In this document: positions 10,379 to 17,987 of the stretch, piece by piece
Layout: the number at the start of each line of letters is the position of its first letter
Position numbering within the stretch: the first letter of the stretch is position 1
Origin: Pseudomonadota bacterium
GTDB lineage: Bacteria; Pseudomonadota; Gammaproteobacteria; Burkholderiales; Burkholderiaceae_D
DNA: 32,000 bases
Direction: 5' to 3'
NCBI GenBank assembly: GCA_046728335.1
Contig: JBKPEJ010000023.1
Location: 208,151 to 240,150, forward strand
Position numbers and translations under genes: made by a program
The notes under the pieces: model-generated
The model's database searches: none
Seen by the model: the letters and a program-made list of their open reading frames with translations, nothing else
Told to the model about the DNA's origin: nothing

Positions 10379-11148
10379 GGCACACCTGGCCTGACCCAGT
10401 GAAAGGTCATCTTCGGTTGTGAGAACGAAAAGCCGAGACGCGCATACAAGTTGAGCACTCGGCTGTTGCGCGCGACGATGCTCGTGCGCACTCGGGTGGC
10501 GCCACTGCGCTTGGCTTGCCCGAGCATGCAGGACCAGACGCGCCGTCCATATCCCTGACCTTGGGCCTCCGGTGCGACGGCGTTCAGGTGCCAGTAGCAG
10601 GTGCCATCGGGCAGAGATTCCGTCACAAAAAATGCAACCAGCGTGTCTCCATCCTTGATCATATACAATTCCTGCGTTGGGTGGTGCAAGGTGGTGGCGA
10701 CCCAGTTCTGGTAACGCAGGTCGCTGATCGCGGGGTCGAGCCGCGGATCCACCTTGAAGCGCTCATGCTGGAAGGATGCACCAGCAATGTCCAGTAAGGC
10801 AGGCAGATCCGCTTCAACGGCGCGCAGAATGTTCAAGGTGTCGGCGTGCCCCGCGGGCCCGAATGCGCCGAGATCGAATTCTGGTGCATAAAGCATTTCG
10901 ATGAAGCGGAAGCCGCAGTCCTCGAGTAGCATCGATTCAGCCATGAAATCGTGAGGCAGGCGACAGCTCACCAAGCGGGCTCCGATCTGATCGCGTTGTT
11001 CTGCGAACAGTTGCATGTCGGCCGTTGCATTGTTGCCGGTCACCTTGATGTCATCAATTTGCATCACTGGGAATTTGCACACGACCTCATCCCACGGGGC
11101 GCGGACCCAAGTCAGCCGCAGCGACGGCGTAATCAGTTGTTCAGACAC
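10372..11148 (-). CDS. GNAT-family N-acetyltransferase, WecD/RffC-like (dTDP-4-amino-4,6-dideoxyhexose acetyltransferase)
   Basis: 258 aa. The C-terminal GNAT core (V.PEAQGQGYGRRVW ... ARNSRVLNLYARLGF) follows an N-terminal domain with the same two-domain layout as WecD. It sits beside the WecE-like aminotransferase and overlaps the GT2 stop by 8 nt. Confidence 0.7.
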   Translation of the reverse strand: MSEQLITPSLRLTWVRAPWDEVVCKFPVMQIDDIKVTGNNATADMQLFAEQRDQIGARLVSCRLPHDFMAESMLLEDCGFRFIEMLYAPEFDLGAFGPAGHADTLNILRAVEADLPALLDIAGASFQHERFKVDPRLDPAISDLRYQNWVATTLHHPTQELYMIKDGDTLVAFFVTESLPDGTCYWHLNAVAPEAQGQGYGRRVWSCMLGQAKRSGATRVRTSIVARNSRVLNLYARLGFSFSQPKMTFHWVRPGVPC

Positions 11149-12124
11149 GATGCTTCATCTCGCCGGCGATTTGGTCGGAAGTGGCGGCCGGCAACTCGCC
11201 TGACTGCTTATGACGAATGACGTATTGAGGTTTACGATTGACGTTCAGATGCAGACGGCCAAGGTACTCGCCAATCACGCCCAACGCGAGCAATTGGGCC
11301 CCGCCCAAAATCAGCACGGTGATGATCGTCGATGCGAATCCCGGTACCGTGATATTCGAAATGAAGTACTGGAATAAATAGTAAAACCCGACCCCGAACC
11401 CACAAAGTGCGGTCGTGAGTCCAAGTGCACTGACAAGCTGGAGGGGAATCAGGGAGAAGTTGGTGTAGAGATTGAGCGCCAGCGCGAGGAGCTTGCCAAG
11501 CGAATATCCAGAATTGCCTTCGGCGCGGGAATGATGTTCTACTTCAACGCCGGCGATTCGACTAGTGCACCATGCCAGCAGGCCATCGAGGTAGGTAAAG
11601 TTTAGATCGTAGAACATCACGCTTTGCGCCAATTGGTGGGTCATGACGCGAAATGGCGTAGGCGTCACGGGGTTGCGAAACACCGTGCGATAAAAATGCC
11701 AGACGATGGTCGAGCCCAAGTTGCGCCAAGCTGCGTGCTGGCGATTACCCGGGCAACCGTAGACCAGGTCGAGGTGATTGTTTTGGATGTGGTGCAGCAG
11801 CTTCGGAATTTCCTCCGGAGGATTTTGAAGGTCGTCATCCATAGTTACAACGTAAGCCCCGCGCGCCATGCCCAAGCCACACATCAGAGTGTTGTGTTGG
11901 CCGTAGTTGCGCATTAACTGGACGGCGAGGACGTGCACCGGATCTTTTACCGCAAGGGCTTGCATCGCCGGCCATGAATCGTCGCGACTGCCATCGTCTA
12001 CCAAGATTATTTCGTAATTTTTTGACATTGGGCCGAGCGTCTTCGTGAGTCGCTCGTGCAACTGGTCCAGGGTGCGCGCCGAGTTATACACCGGTACGAC
12101 AACGGAAATGTCCAATTCAGGCAT
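11141..12124 (-). CDS. Family-2 glycosyltransferase with C-terminal TM hairpin (ArnC/GtrB-like polyprenyl-phosphate glycosyltransferase)
   Basis: ISVVVPVYNS ... ILVDDGSRD ... TMDDDLQNPPEEI (DxD) is a GT2 signature. Two C-terminal hydrophobic helices resemble those of ArnC/GtrB/DPM1-type enzymes. I prefer the ATG at 12124, preceded by GGGAG. The track start at 12235 adds 37 non-conserved residues. Confidence 0.85.
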   Translation of the reverse strand: MPELDISVVVPVYNSARTLDQLHERLTKTLGPMSKNYEIILVDDGSRDDSWPAMQALAVKDPVHVLAVQLMRNYGQHNTLMCGLGMARGAYVVTMDDDLQNPPEEIPKLLHHIQNNHLDLVYGCPGNRQHAAWRNLGSTIVWHFYRTVFRNPVTPTPFRVMTHQLAQSVMFYDLNFTYLDGLLAWCTSRIAGVEVEHHSRAEGNSGYSLGKLLALALNLYTNFSLIPLQLVSALGLTTALCGFGVGFYYLFQYFISNITVPGFASTIITVLILGGAQLLALGVIGEYLGRLHLNVNRKPQYVIRHKQSGELPAATSDQIAGEMKHRV

Positions 12125-12399
12125 CCGCTCGCTCCCGTATGCTGTGCTTTGGAAGGAGTTGCGATACGGCGCCGTTTCCGACATATGCATATCTGGTCTC
12201 AGGTTTTTGGCGGAATTTTTGACAATAGCCGCCATGGAAGGGAAATAAATAGAATAACTGTTGTTGTGAAATTATACAATAAAGCCCGGAAAAGAATTGC
12301 AACGCGAACAATATTGTTGTAAAATAGATAAATAATTGAGATGGCTTTGCTTCTTTTGTAGCATCGCTGACCGTTCCAGCCCGCGACGCCGGATATTTG
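12125..12399. promoter_or_regulatory. AT-rich divergent promoter region between the GT2 operon and the polytopic membrane protein gene
   Basis: A 275-bp, conspicuously AT-rich spacer between divergent genes. It contains a perfect 12-bp palindrome, aacaatattgtt, at 12307-12318. Confidence 0.5.
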
Positions 12400-14286
12400 A
12401 TGATAAAAAAACCACAAAATCTAAGGCCGACACTGACGTTGATATTTTCAACCACCCTGCTTGTGCAATTGGCGTTACTGCTTTTTAGCATGCCGCTCAG
12501 CCAGGTCCTCTCCGGCGCACACAGTTTCTACATCGACAACCCTTACCACGTTTACCAACTCGAGTTGGGGAAGGCATTGCTTCATCAAGGGCAGTTGCTT
12601 GGTTACGACCCGTTCCTTGGCGCCGGCCATCTTGGGGGCATGAACGATAACGTCAGCGCGCGCGTGCCGGTGTTCTTGTCAGCCTTGTTACCCGCCGGGT
12701 TGCCCTCCGGCGCTGTTTATTCTCTTTACATACTGGCGTGCGCCCTGGTGGCGCCGCTTGCCGTTGTGTGGACGGCACGCATGTTGCACTGGCCAACCTT
12801 GCATACCGCGATTGCGTCGGCCCTTGGTCTCGCCCTGTGGTGGATCGGTGCGCTGCATTGGTACCACACAGCGGGGATGGCCAGCTTCATTTGTGGTTCA
12901 TATCTGGGGCTGCCCTACGCGGTGTGGACCTGGAACCTCTGCAGCCAAGCGGAACGCAAACCGGCAAGTTTGGTAGCCGCAGGCATTTTAGGCGGCTTGG
13001 GTATGTGGCTGCACCCCTTGTTTCCCGTGCTGGCTGCTGCGCTATTCCTGGGATTTTTCCTGTGGAACACGCGAAGGGCGCTCGTTCCGGCCATCCTGTT
13101 GCGCGGCAGTGCAATTGCCGCGATTGCGCTCCTGGTAAACGCACCGTGGCTGATTGCCGTGCTCGGATCACACGATATCGGGGCGAACCCGCTAGTGGTC
13201 CATCCCTTCCAGAAAGCCGTCGGAATCATGGTCGCATTGCGGCCCGCGATGGGCCAATGGGCGTCCCAGGCGATGGGAACGTTTCTTAATCCGCTGATGT
13301 TGCTGACATGCTGCGCCGGCCTCTATTTCATGCCGCGCGATCAACGCCGCCGGATGCTGCCATTCCTGTTCGCCGGGCTGACGCTGCTACTGTTCGCCGC
13401 GTTTGGCGCGGCCAGCATCACTCTTGGGCAGTTGCAGCCGAATCGATTCATTGCGCCCGCGTTTCTGCTGGTGGGTCTCGGCGCGGCCTATTGCATTGGC
13501 GAGTACGTCGTACGGCTGCGCTTTTCTGGCCAGCGTGTTCCGAAACTGGCCTCCATCGCATTTGCGGTCCTACTCAGCGTGTATGGTGGGCGAGAAATTG
13601 TACGCGAGGCCACGGCGGGCATTCATGGGCATTACGGCAAAGCGCCGCCAGAGCTTTCCCAGCCGCCTGCGCTGGTGGCGCAACTGGAATCCTGGATCTC
13701 GGCCAACACCTCGGCAGACGGGCGCATCATTTTCGAAACCTCGCTCGCGCGGATCCACGGCGGCGGCCATGTGGCCGGCTTGATTGCCTTGAAGACAGGA
13801 CGCGAATTCGTGGGTGCAGCCTATCCGTATTCGCTGCCTGCAGTGTCCGTGTGGGATCACATGGCCTTCGGCAGGCCTGTCGGAGATTTGACCAAGGCTG
13901 ATTGGTCGCGCGCGTTCGACATGTACAACGTGGGATGGGTGATTGCGCATTCGTCGGAATTAAAGCAGGCGATGGATGCGTTGCCGGCCGCGAAAGCTGT
14001 GGCGAAGTTCGACAAGATTCAGATCTACAAGATCGATCGCCTCCTTTCTTTCATGCAGGCGAGCAGTGGTCGGATCGCCGCGCGCAGCTTCAACCGGGTC
14101 GATGTGGCGGGCGCCAGCGGATCGCAGGTGGTACTCAAGTACCATTGGCTGCCGGGCTTGGTGACCAATCCACCGAGAACAATCGAACCGGTGCAGCTGG
14201 CGCCCGATTTCCCGCCTTTCATCCGGATCCTGAATCCACCTGATCACTTCACGGTGTCGCTGTGCCCTAAATGCAAGCCGCAGTAA
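12400..14286 (+). CDS. Large polytopic inner-membrane protein with C-terminal soluble domain (candidate GT-C-fold periplasmic glycosyltransferase)
   Basis: 628 aa from the ATG at 12400 (a TTG lies at 12397). About a dozen hydrophobic segments occupy the first ~400 aa and are followed by a ~230-aa hydrophilic domain. I recognise no family signature; the functional call rests on context only. Confidence 0.55.
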   Translation: MIKKPQNLRPTLTLIFSTTLLVQLALLLFSMPLSQVLSGAHSFYIDNPYHVYQLELGKALLHQGQLLGYDPFLGAGHLGGMNDNVSARVPVFLSALLPAGLPSGAVYSLYILACALVAPLAVVWTARMLHWPTLHTAIASALGLALWWIGALHWYHTAGMASFICGSYLGLPYAVWTWNLCSQAERKPASLVAAGILGGLGMWLHPLFPVLAAALFLGFFLWNTRRALVPAILLRGSAIAAIALLVNAPWLIAVLGSHDIGANPLVVHPFQKAVGIMVALRPAMGQWASQAMGTFLNPLMLLTCCAGLYFMPRDQRRRMLPFLFAGLTLLLFAAFGAASITLGQLQPNRFIAPAFLLVGLGAAYCIGEYVVRLRFSGQRVPKLASIAFAVLLSVYGGREIVREATAGIHGHYGKAPPELSQPPALVAQLESWISANTSADGRIIFETSLARIHGGGHVAGLIALKTGREFVGAAYPYSLPAVSVWDHMAFGRPVGDLTKADWSRAFDMYNVGWVIAHSSELKQAMDALPAAKAVAKFDKIQIYKIDRLLSFMQASSGRIAARSFNRVDVAGASGSQVVLKYHWLPGLVTNPPRTIEPVQLAPDFPPFIRILNPPDHFTVSLCPKCKPQ

Positions 14287-14293
14287 GGCATAA

Positions 14294-14315
14294 ACGCCCG
14301 CCTCGCGGCGGGCGT
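14294..14315 (+). terminator. GC-rich hairpin immediately after the membrane-protein gene
   Basis: acgcccgcc-tcgc-ggcgggcgt, a 9-bp perfect stem, lies 8 nt after the stop. No T-tract follows, so its terminator function is uncertain. Confidence 0.4.
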
Positions 14316-14552
14316 GAGCGTTAGCGCGGAACGGTCGCAAACTGCGGTTCCGAACTGTAGTCCGGTGTGACCCGTGCACGACATGGACAGCGTCCAGTCG
14401 TCGCGACCTCCCTTGCCGCCGATGTTGGTGCTATACGAGGGGGCATTCGACTGCGTCGCCGTCGAACTCGTGCTTTCGAATTTCAGGTCGGTCACCGGCG
14501 CCGTGGGGTCCTTCGGCGCAACTGGCATAGCGGGCAGTGCAGGGCGTTGGCG

Positions 14553-14584
14553 AAAAAAAACCGCTCACATATCGGAGCGGTTTT
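14553..14584 (-). terminator. Rho-independent terminator of the cytochrome c gene
   Basis: On the minus strand: aaaaccgctc-cgatatgt-gagcgg followed by T8, 17 nt after the stop at 14602. The flanking A/T runs could allow bidirectional function. Confidence 0.8.
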
Positions 14585-14601
14585 CCTGAAACTGGTGCAG
14601 C

Positions 14602-15483
14602 TTATTTTGCTGCTGCCGCCATATAGTCCACGGCTGCCTTGACTTCGTCGTCCGATGCGGAAGAACCGCCCTTCGGAGGCATCATGCCTGCCTTGCCCTG
14701 GAAGCCCTTGATCGCGTGTTCGTAAAGGACCGCAGTGCCTTGCTTGACGCGTGGCGCCCAGGCTGCCTTGTCGCCGAACTTAGGCGCGCCGGCGATGCCT
14801 GCACCGTGGCAAGCCACGCACGCGGTGGTGTAGAGGTTCTTGCCGGCATCGGCGGCCAGCTTAGGCGCTGCCGCGGCGGCAGGAACTGCCTCTGCAGGAG
14901 CGCTCGCCGCGGCAGGTGCGGCCGCAGCCGGGGTGGCGACTGCTGGCGCTGCTGCCGGGGCAGCAGCAGGGGCCGCAGGAACTTCAGGCTCCTTGAATTT
15001 CGCGCCGCCTTTGTTTGCCATGTAGACCACTGCGCGTGCCACTTCGACGTCGTCGAGGTCAGGATTGCCGCCTTTTGCCGGCATCGCGCGGATGCCTTCG
15101 ATCGCGTGCTTGAGCAGGGTGTCGTAGCCTTGTGCAATGCGGGGAGCCCATGCGCCGGCATCGCCGAGCTTTGGCGCACCGGCCGCGCCGCTGGTATGGC
15201 AGGCGGAGCAGATGGCGGTGTAGACGGCCTCGGCTGCTTGCAGCACTTTCGGCGCGTTCGCGTCTTTCAGGGTGAAACCTTCATCAGCCACGGGACGCAC
15301 ACGCGCCGCAATCGCTTCCGCGCTCTGGCTTTCGGTACCGGCACCGGTCAGTTTGGTGGTGGTTACGAATGACACCAGCAAGATGATGCCGATGACGGTG
15401 ACCAGGAAGAAACCGGCCACGGCAGCGACGAGCTGCTTCGGGGTACGGATCGCGGATTCGTGTTCGTTATGTGCGTCGCTCAT
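14602..15483 (-). CDS. Membrane-anchored dihaem c-type cytochrome (tandem cytochrome c5 domains)
   Basis: Two CxxCH haem sites (CSACH, CVACH), each followed by a GAPK.GD..AW.PR ... MPPKGG c5-like core. It has an N-terminal TM helix (VAGFFLVTVIGIILLVSFV) and an Ala/Pro-rich linker. I place the start at the ATG at 15483, preceded by AAGGAA; the track start at 15546 is a GTG. Confidence 0.88.
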   Translation of the reverse strand: MSDAHNEHESAIRTPKQLVAAVAGFFLVTVIGIILLVSFVTTTKLTGAGTESQSAEAIAARVRPVADEGFTLKDANAPKVLQAAEAVYTAICSACHTSGAAGAPKLGDAGAWAPRIAQGYDTLLKHAIEGIRAMPAKGGNPDLDDVEVARAVVYMANKGGAKFKEPEVPAAPAAAPAAAPAVATPAAAAPAAASAPAEAVPAAAAAPKLAADAGKNLYTTACVACHGAGIAGAPKFGDKAAWAPRVKQGTAVLYEHAIKGFQGKAGMMPPKGGSSASDDEVKAAVDYMAAAAK

Positions 15484-15676
15484 GATTTCCTTATTACAAT
15501 TTTCAAAGCTGCCGGCGGACCTGCTTGCTGGTTGATATGCAAACACTCGCCAAACCCGCGATTATAGACCCAAAGGCCCTGTTTTGGAACGGCAATTGCC
15601 CGCGACGCGACACTTTCCATGGACGGGACGATGGAAAAACTGTATCCTTCGCATCTCTTCAGAAATTCCCCCCAGC

Positions 15677-15752
15677 GCGGCTGTAGCTCAGTGGATAGAG
15701 TATTGGCCTCCGAAGCCAAGGGTCGTGGGTTCGATCCCCGCCAGCCGCACCA
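15677..15752 (+). tRNA. tRNA-Arg (anticodon CCG), CCA encoded
   Basis: I folded the 76-nt cloverleaf by hand: acceptor gcggctg/cagccgc, D-stem gctc/gagt, anticodon stem ttggc/gccaa with loop ctCCGaa, T-stem gtggg/cccgc with loop ttcgatc, discriminator a, then cca. Confidence 0.93.
15705..15752 (+). repeat. attL core (3' 48 nt of the intact tRNA-Arg)
   Basis: ggcctccgaagccaagggtcgtgggttcgatccccgccagccgcacca is identical to 29440-29487. Confidence 0.9.
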
Positions 15753-15822
15753 CATTTCTTCAATCAAATCAGGTAGTTGGCCCTTGCGATGCATTGCGTT
15801 GTTAAGCAATTTTGAGCATTGA

Positions 15823-15895
15823 TTGGCACACTGACTGTGCCAAAATTGTGCCGAAATCCCACAGAATCAAATAGTTAGCCGATGCTGTTGGCACA
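15823..15895. promoter_or_regulatory. Cluster of TTGGCAC/GTGCCAA motifs near attL (candidate integrase arm-type sites)
   Basis: ttggcac at 15823, gtgccaa at 15837, gtgccga at 15848 and ttggcac at 15888. The 17-mer tgtgccaaaattgtgcc (15836-15852) recurs exactly at 29372-29388. Confidence 0.5.
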
Positions 15896-15959
15896 GTGCT
15901 CACCAGTGTGCGCTCGAGTGCGCAACTAGGAGAGACACTCGAGTCCATTGATGCAGAAT

Positions 15960-16565
15960 CTAAGTGTCCGCAATCAAGCCGCCCTTTACCAATTTCAGAT
16001 CCAGACCGGCAAGGATCGATGCCAGAAAATTGCCGATGATCATGTTGGCTACTTCGAAGGACAATTGAGCAGTTTCCGGAGAGACAGGCTCCCCTCTATG
16101 GACGAAGCTATTACGGGCTTTCTGAACGTAAGTAAGCTCTTCTCGAAGTGTCTTCGTGTGGCTCTCAATACGAAATACGTTGAAATCGATCTTCGCGTAT
16201 TCTGCAAGTAGTCGCGCAAGCAGAGGCGTAAAGCTTCCAAGCCCATTCTGCTTTAACGCGAGCTCCGACACGAGGTCGGCAACTGAATCGTTGTGCACAA
16301 GTCCGTAGATCACGGGCTTCAGAAGGGCTGCCTTCAGTCCCAGCTCGATTGCAGTAATAAATAGCACGGTCGCGGCCGAGGGCGAAACTGCTAAGAGTGC
16401 TTTAGCCTCTTTGTACACAGCAAGCACTGGTACAGCGATGTCGGGGTGAGACGTGTAGTAAGACCGCATTCGCTCGAAAGTGAACTGATCAATGGCTTCG
16501 TGAGACACGCGTTCAACCAAATCGATGTACCACTCATCGCGGGCGATCTCATCAGGAGTATCCAT
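15960..16565 (-). CDS. Hypothetical all-helical protein with HEPN-type Rx4H motif (putative RNase, prophage cargo)
   Basis: 201-aa ORF with an ATG start. The C-terminal third contains VQKARNSFVHRG, that is R-N-x3-H, the canonical Rx4-6H HEPN catalytic motif. No partner gene is adjacent. Confidence 0.55.
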   Translation of the reverse strand: MDTPDEIARDEWYIDLVERVSHEAIDQFTFERMRSYYTSHPDIAVPVLAVYKEAKALLAVSPSAATVLFITAIELGLKAALLKPVIYGLVHNDSVADLVSELALKQNGLGSFTPLLARLLAEYAKIDFNVFRIESHTKTLREELTYVQKARNSFVHRGEPVSPETAQLSFEVANMIIGNFLASILAGLDLKLVKGGLIADT

Positions 16566-16621
16566 TCTTATTCTTCCAGGGCGGCGCTAGAACTAGCGGT
16601 ATAGGTCAACGTACAGCCTCA

Positions 16622-17143
16622 TCACTTGGCGAACTTCTCTCGACGCGCATCTTGCTTTGCAGCCGCCTCAAGTCGTGCAAAGGTCTCTTCTTGCTCGTTC
16701 CGTATCGTGTCCAGCATCGATAAAACTCCCGAATGATGCGCGAAAGCCTTGGCGCGGTTCGTAGTGTACTGGCGCGTTTCGTCATCGTAGTAATCCTCTG
16801 GCTGCTCGTCCACGCCCCAAGAATTATCCTCTCGCCATTTTTGCACTTCGATTTGCTTTAGGAATAATGCACGAGCGGCATCTCGTGCCAGCACGACCTT
16901 GTCTGCTGTTGGCACCCGATGCCCGTGCGGCAAATCGGGGACGCCGGTCACAAGCCAAAAAGCATACTCGGGCCAAGCGGCGCCGATCCCTTCGATCATA
17001 TCTGCGGAGGCTTTTCCGCCTCGGTTCCACCAGGTGCGCCAGGTCTCAGCCTTAATCCTTGTTGCCTCTTCAAGGGCGACAAATCGCCGTGTAGGTGGCG
17101 TGACGGTTTCGATCAGATGACGAAGTCGTTCAGACAAATTCAT
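16622..17143 (-). CDS. Phage CI-type repressor-like HTH protein
   Basis: The N-terminus LSERLRHLIE...FVALEEATRIKAETWRTWWNRGGKASADMIEGIGAAWPEYAFWLVTG resembles the phage CI repressor HTH domain, which ends in WL.TG. It is divergent from the Xis gene. I place the start at the ATG at 17143, preceded by AGGAA; the track start at 17161 is a TTG. Confidence 0.65.
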   Translation of the reverse strand: MNLSERLRHLIETVTPPTRRFVALEEATRIKAETWRTWWNRGGKASADMIEGIGAAWPEYAFWLVTGVPDLPHGHRVPTADKVVLARDAARALFLKQIEVQKWREDNSWGVDEQPEDYYDDETRQYTTNRAKAFAHHSGVLSMLDTIRNEQEETFARLEAAAKQDARREKFAK

Positions 17144-17244
17144 AAAAATTCCTAGTGACAACAGTTCAATTGCGTATTATTATGTGTCAACTGACACGCT
17201 TTGCGACACATCAACAGTGTTGCGCGGCTCAAAATAAGGCAATT
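17144..17244. promoter_or_regulatory. Divergent repressor/excisionase control region with inverted repeats (candidate operators)
   Basis: A 6-2-6 inverted repeat, gtgtca-ac-tgacac, at 17184-17197. An imperfect inverted repeat, gcgacac-N7-gtgttgcgc, at 17203-17225. caacagt is repeated at 17159 and 17212. Confidence 0.5.
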
Positions 17245-17562
17245 ATGGGCGACATTTTGAAGCTTGACCATCGACAAGATGATTCCACTCCCGAAATCCT
17301 GGCCGTCGAGCATCTAGCCCAACTGATTCACAAATCGCCGTCCAGCATTCGCAGTGATGCGTCACGTAATCCCTCAGCACTTCCCCCAATTTGCCGCCTC
17401 CCGGGCAATAAGCGCTTGCTCTGGCGCCGCGAAGACGTTTTCTCGTGGATTTCACGCTTCGTCGAGCTCGTACCCCATGCACGAGCAGAGGCGATCGCCG
17501 TAATTGCAGTTCCAAAGAAACGCGGTCGCCCGCGCAAGACTGAATTGCGGAGCAACGCGTGA
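17245..17562 (+). CDS. AlpA/Xis-family excisionase or transcriptional regulator
   Basis: From the ATG at 17245 (AAGG upstream), 105 aa. ILAVEHLAQLIHKSPSSIRSDASRN...LPGNKRLLWRREDVFSWI matches the AlpA/phage excisionase HTH pattern (...rW...dv..W.). The position mirrors the repressor/xis pair of Pf-type prophages. Confidence 0.7.
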   Translation: MGDILKLDHRQDDSTPEILAVEHLAQLIHKSPSSIRSDASRNPSALPPICRLPGNKRLLWRREDVFSWISRFVELVPHARAEAIAVIAVPKKRGRPRKTELRSNA

Positions 17563-17987
17563 CCTTCTACAAAATTGTCTGCGGTGCCGGCGTGCTTGTC
17601 CAGGGGGAGTCACCTGATTTCCTTTTGTGTGTTGAACAGGCAAGAGAAGCTAAATTTGCTTGGGCGGTTCGCCTTCCTGAAAGCACTTTGCGAGTTCATT
17701 TTTTCTATCCGAATCGCAAACGAGTCCCATCCTCGGATGTCGCCGCGGCAATGCGCGCGCTTGAAAATCCATCAATTGCGGCTGCTGTAGCTCGCCGTCG
17801 TGCCGTAGCCACGCAAGTTCCGTCTGCCCGCAGCGAAGCGAGGACAGCCGGAACTTGTGCGGCTGCGGGCCGGGGTTTTGCTGTTGCAGTTGACTTTGAT
17901 TTTCGTCAGGCGGGCGTGGTAGCACCGCCTGACAGTCTCACCGGTGGGAATTCCGATGTGGATGCCTCGCTTCGCGGCGGGGATTGA
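17559..17987 (+). CDS. Hypothetical ORF (weak; the region may instead be non-coding origin/packaging DNA)
   Basis: GTG start overlapping the xis stop. The second half is Ala/Arg-rich and looks non-coding. It contains a 9-bp-stem hairpin at 17905-17933. Confidence 0.25.
   Translation: MTFYKIVCGAGVLVQGESPDFLLCVEQAREAKFAWAVRLPESTLRVHFFYPNRKRVPSSDVAAAMRALENPSIAAAVARRRAVATQVPSARSEARTAGTCAAAGRGFAVAVDFDFRQAGVVAPPDSLTGGNSDVDASLRGGD

Noticed and set aside
12117-12491. 124-aa minus-strand ORF, and 12199-12417, spanning the AT-rich divergent promoter region.
   Set aside because: It overlaps the starts of both flanking real genes. Its Phe/Ile/Lys-rich translation fits AT-rich non-coding DNA.
14316-14552. 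About 240 bp between the membrane-protein hairpin and the cytochrome terminator, covered by ORF 14244-14528 (minus, 94 aa) and ORFs 14367-14642 and 14374-14589 (plus).
   Set aside because: The ORFs have no RBS. The minus ORF runs through the hairpin and into the 3' end of the upstream gene, and the plus ORFs run through the terminator into the cytochrome gene. I treat the region as a non-coding spacer, though its content is unexplained.
15480-15822. ORFs 15480-15809 (minus), 15584-15805 and 15619-15822 (plus) overlapping the tRNA-Arg gene.
   Set aside because: They are spurious frames across a well-folding tRNA.
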